Shown here: positions 63,973-64,000 of the stretch, piece after piece
How the letters are laid out: each line of letters opens with the position of its first letter
Position numbering within the stretch: position 1 is the first letter of the stretch
NCBI GenBank assembly: GCA_002633005.1
Contig: NMRA01000251.1
Span: forward strand, 314,307 to 378,306
Reading direction: 5' to 3'
Length of the DNA stretch: 64,000 bases
From: Phoronis australis
Taxonomy: Eukaryota; Animalia; Phoronida
The notes under the pieces: model-generated
The model's database searches: none
What the model saw: the letters and a program-made list of their open reading frames with translations, nothing else
What the model was told of the DNA's origin: nothing
Program-made: the position numbers and the translations under genes

Positions 63973-64000
63973 ACACGAACAATAATCTTAACATACTGAA

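Overview
Eukaryotic (animal, most likely marine invertebrate; inference from AT-richness, intron style and repeat types) genomic DNA from a draft, heterozygous assembly. The window is dominated by one long plus-strand spliced gene, an EPS15/EPS15L1 endocytic adaptor. I could join 19 coding exons by hand with consistent GT-AG phases (12196-48295, 882 codons plus stop: 3 EH domains, coiled coil, 19 DPF motifs, proline-rich segment, 2 UIMs). Its start-codon exon was not found. The 14.8 kb intron 22469-37275 contains a complete antisense nested gene that the ORF track shows only in fragments: 7 exons, about 432 aa, two Ig-like domains, a W-x-x-C-x-x-C segment, a TM helix and a short basic tail, resembling FAM187A. 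The rest is intronic or intergenic repeat: a TTAA-flanked THAP-bearing Kolobok-like element, an Academ-like remnant, two LINE fragments, MITEs, tRNA-derived SINE-like heads and satellites. Five of the six single-N junctions are flanked by near-identical duplicated blocks, which look like both haplotypes assembled in tandem; two of them expose presence/absence transposon insertions. The most unusual non-coding patterns are three degenerate tandem arrays that begin at or across exon ends (two donor sites, one stop codon) and hairpins with tandem GA/GA mismatches. I see no firm evidence for a new biological system; these are leads only.
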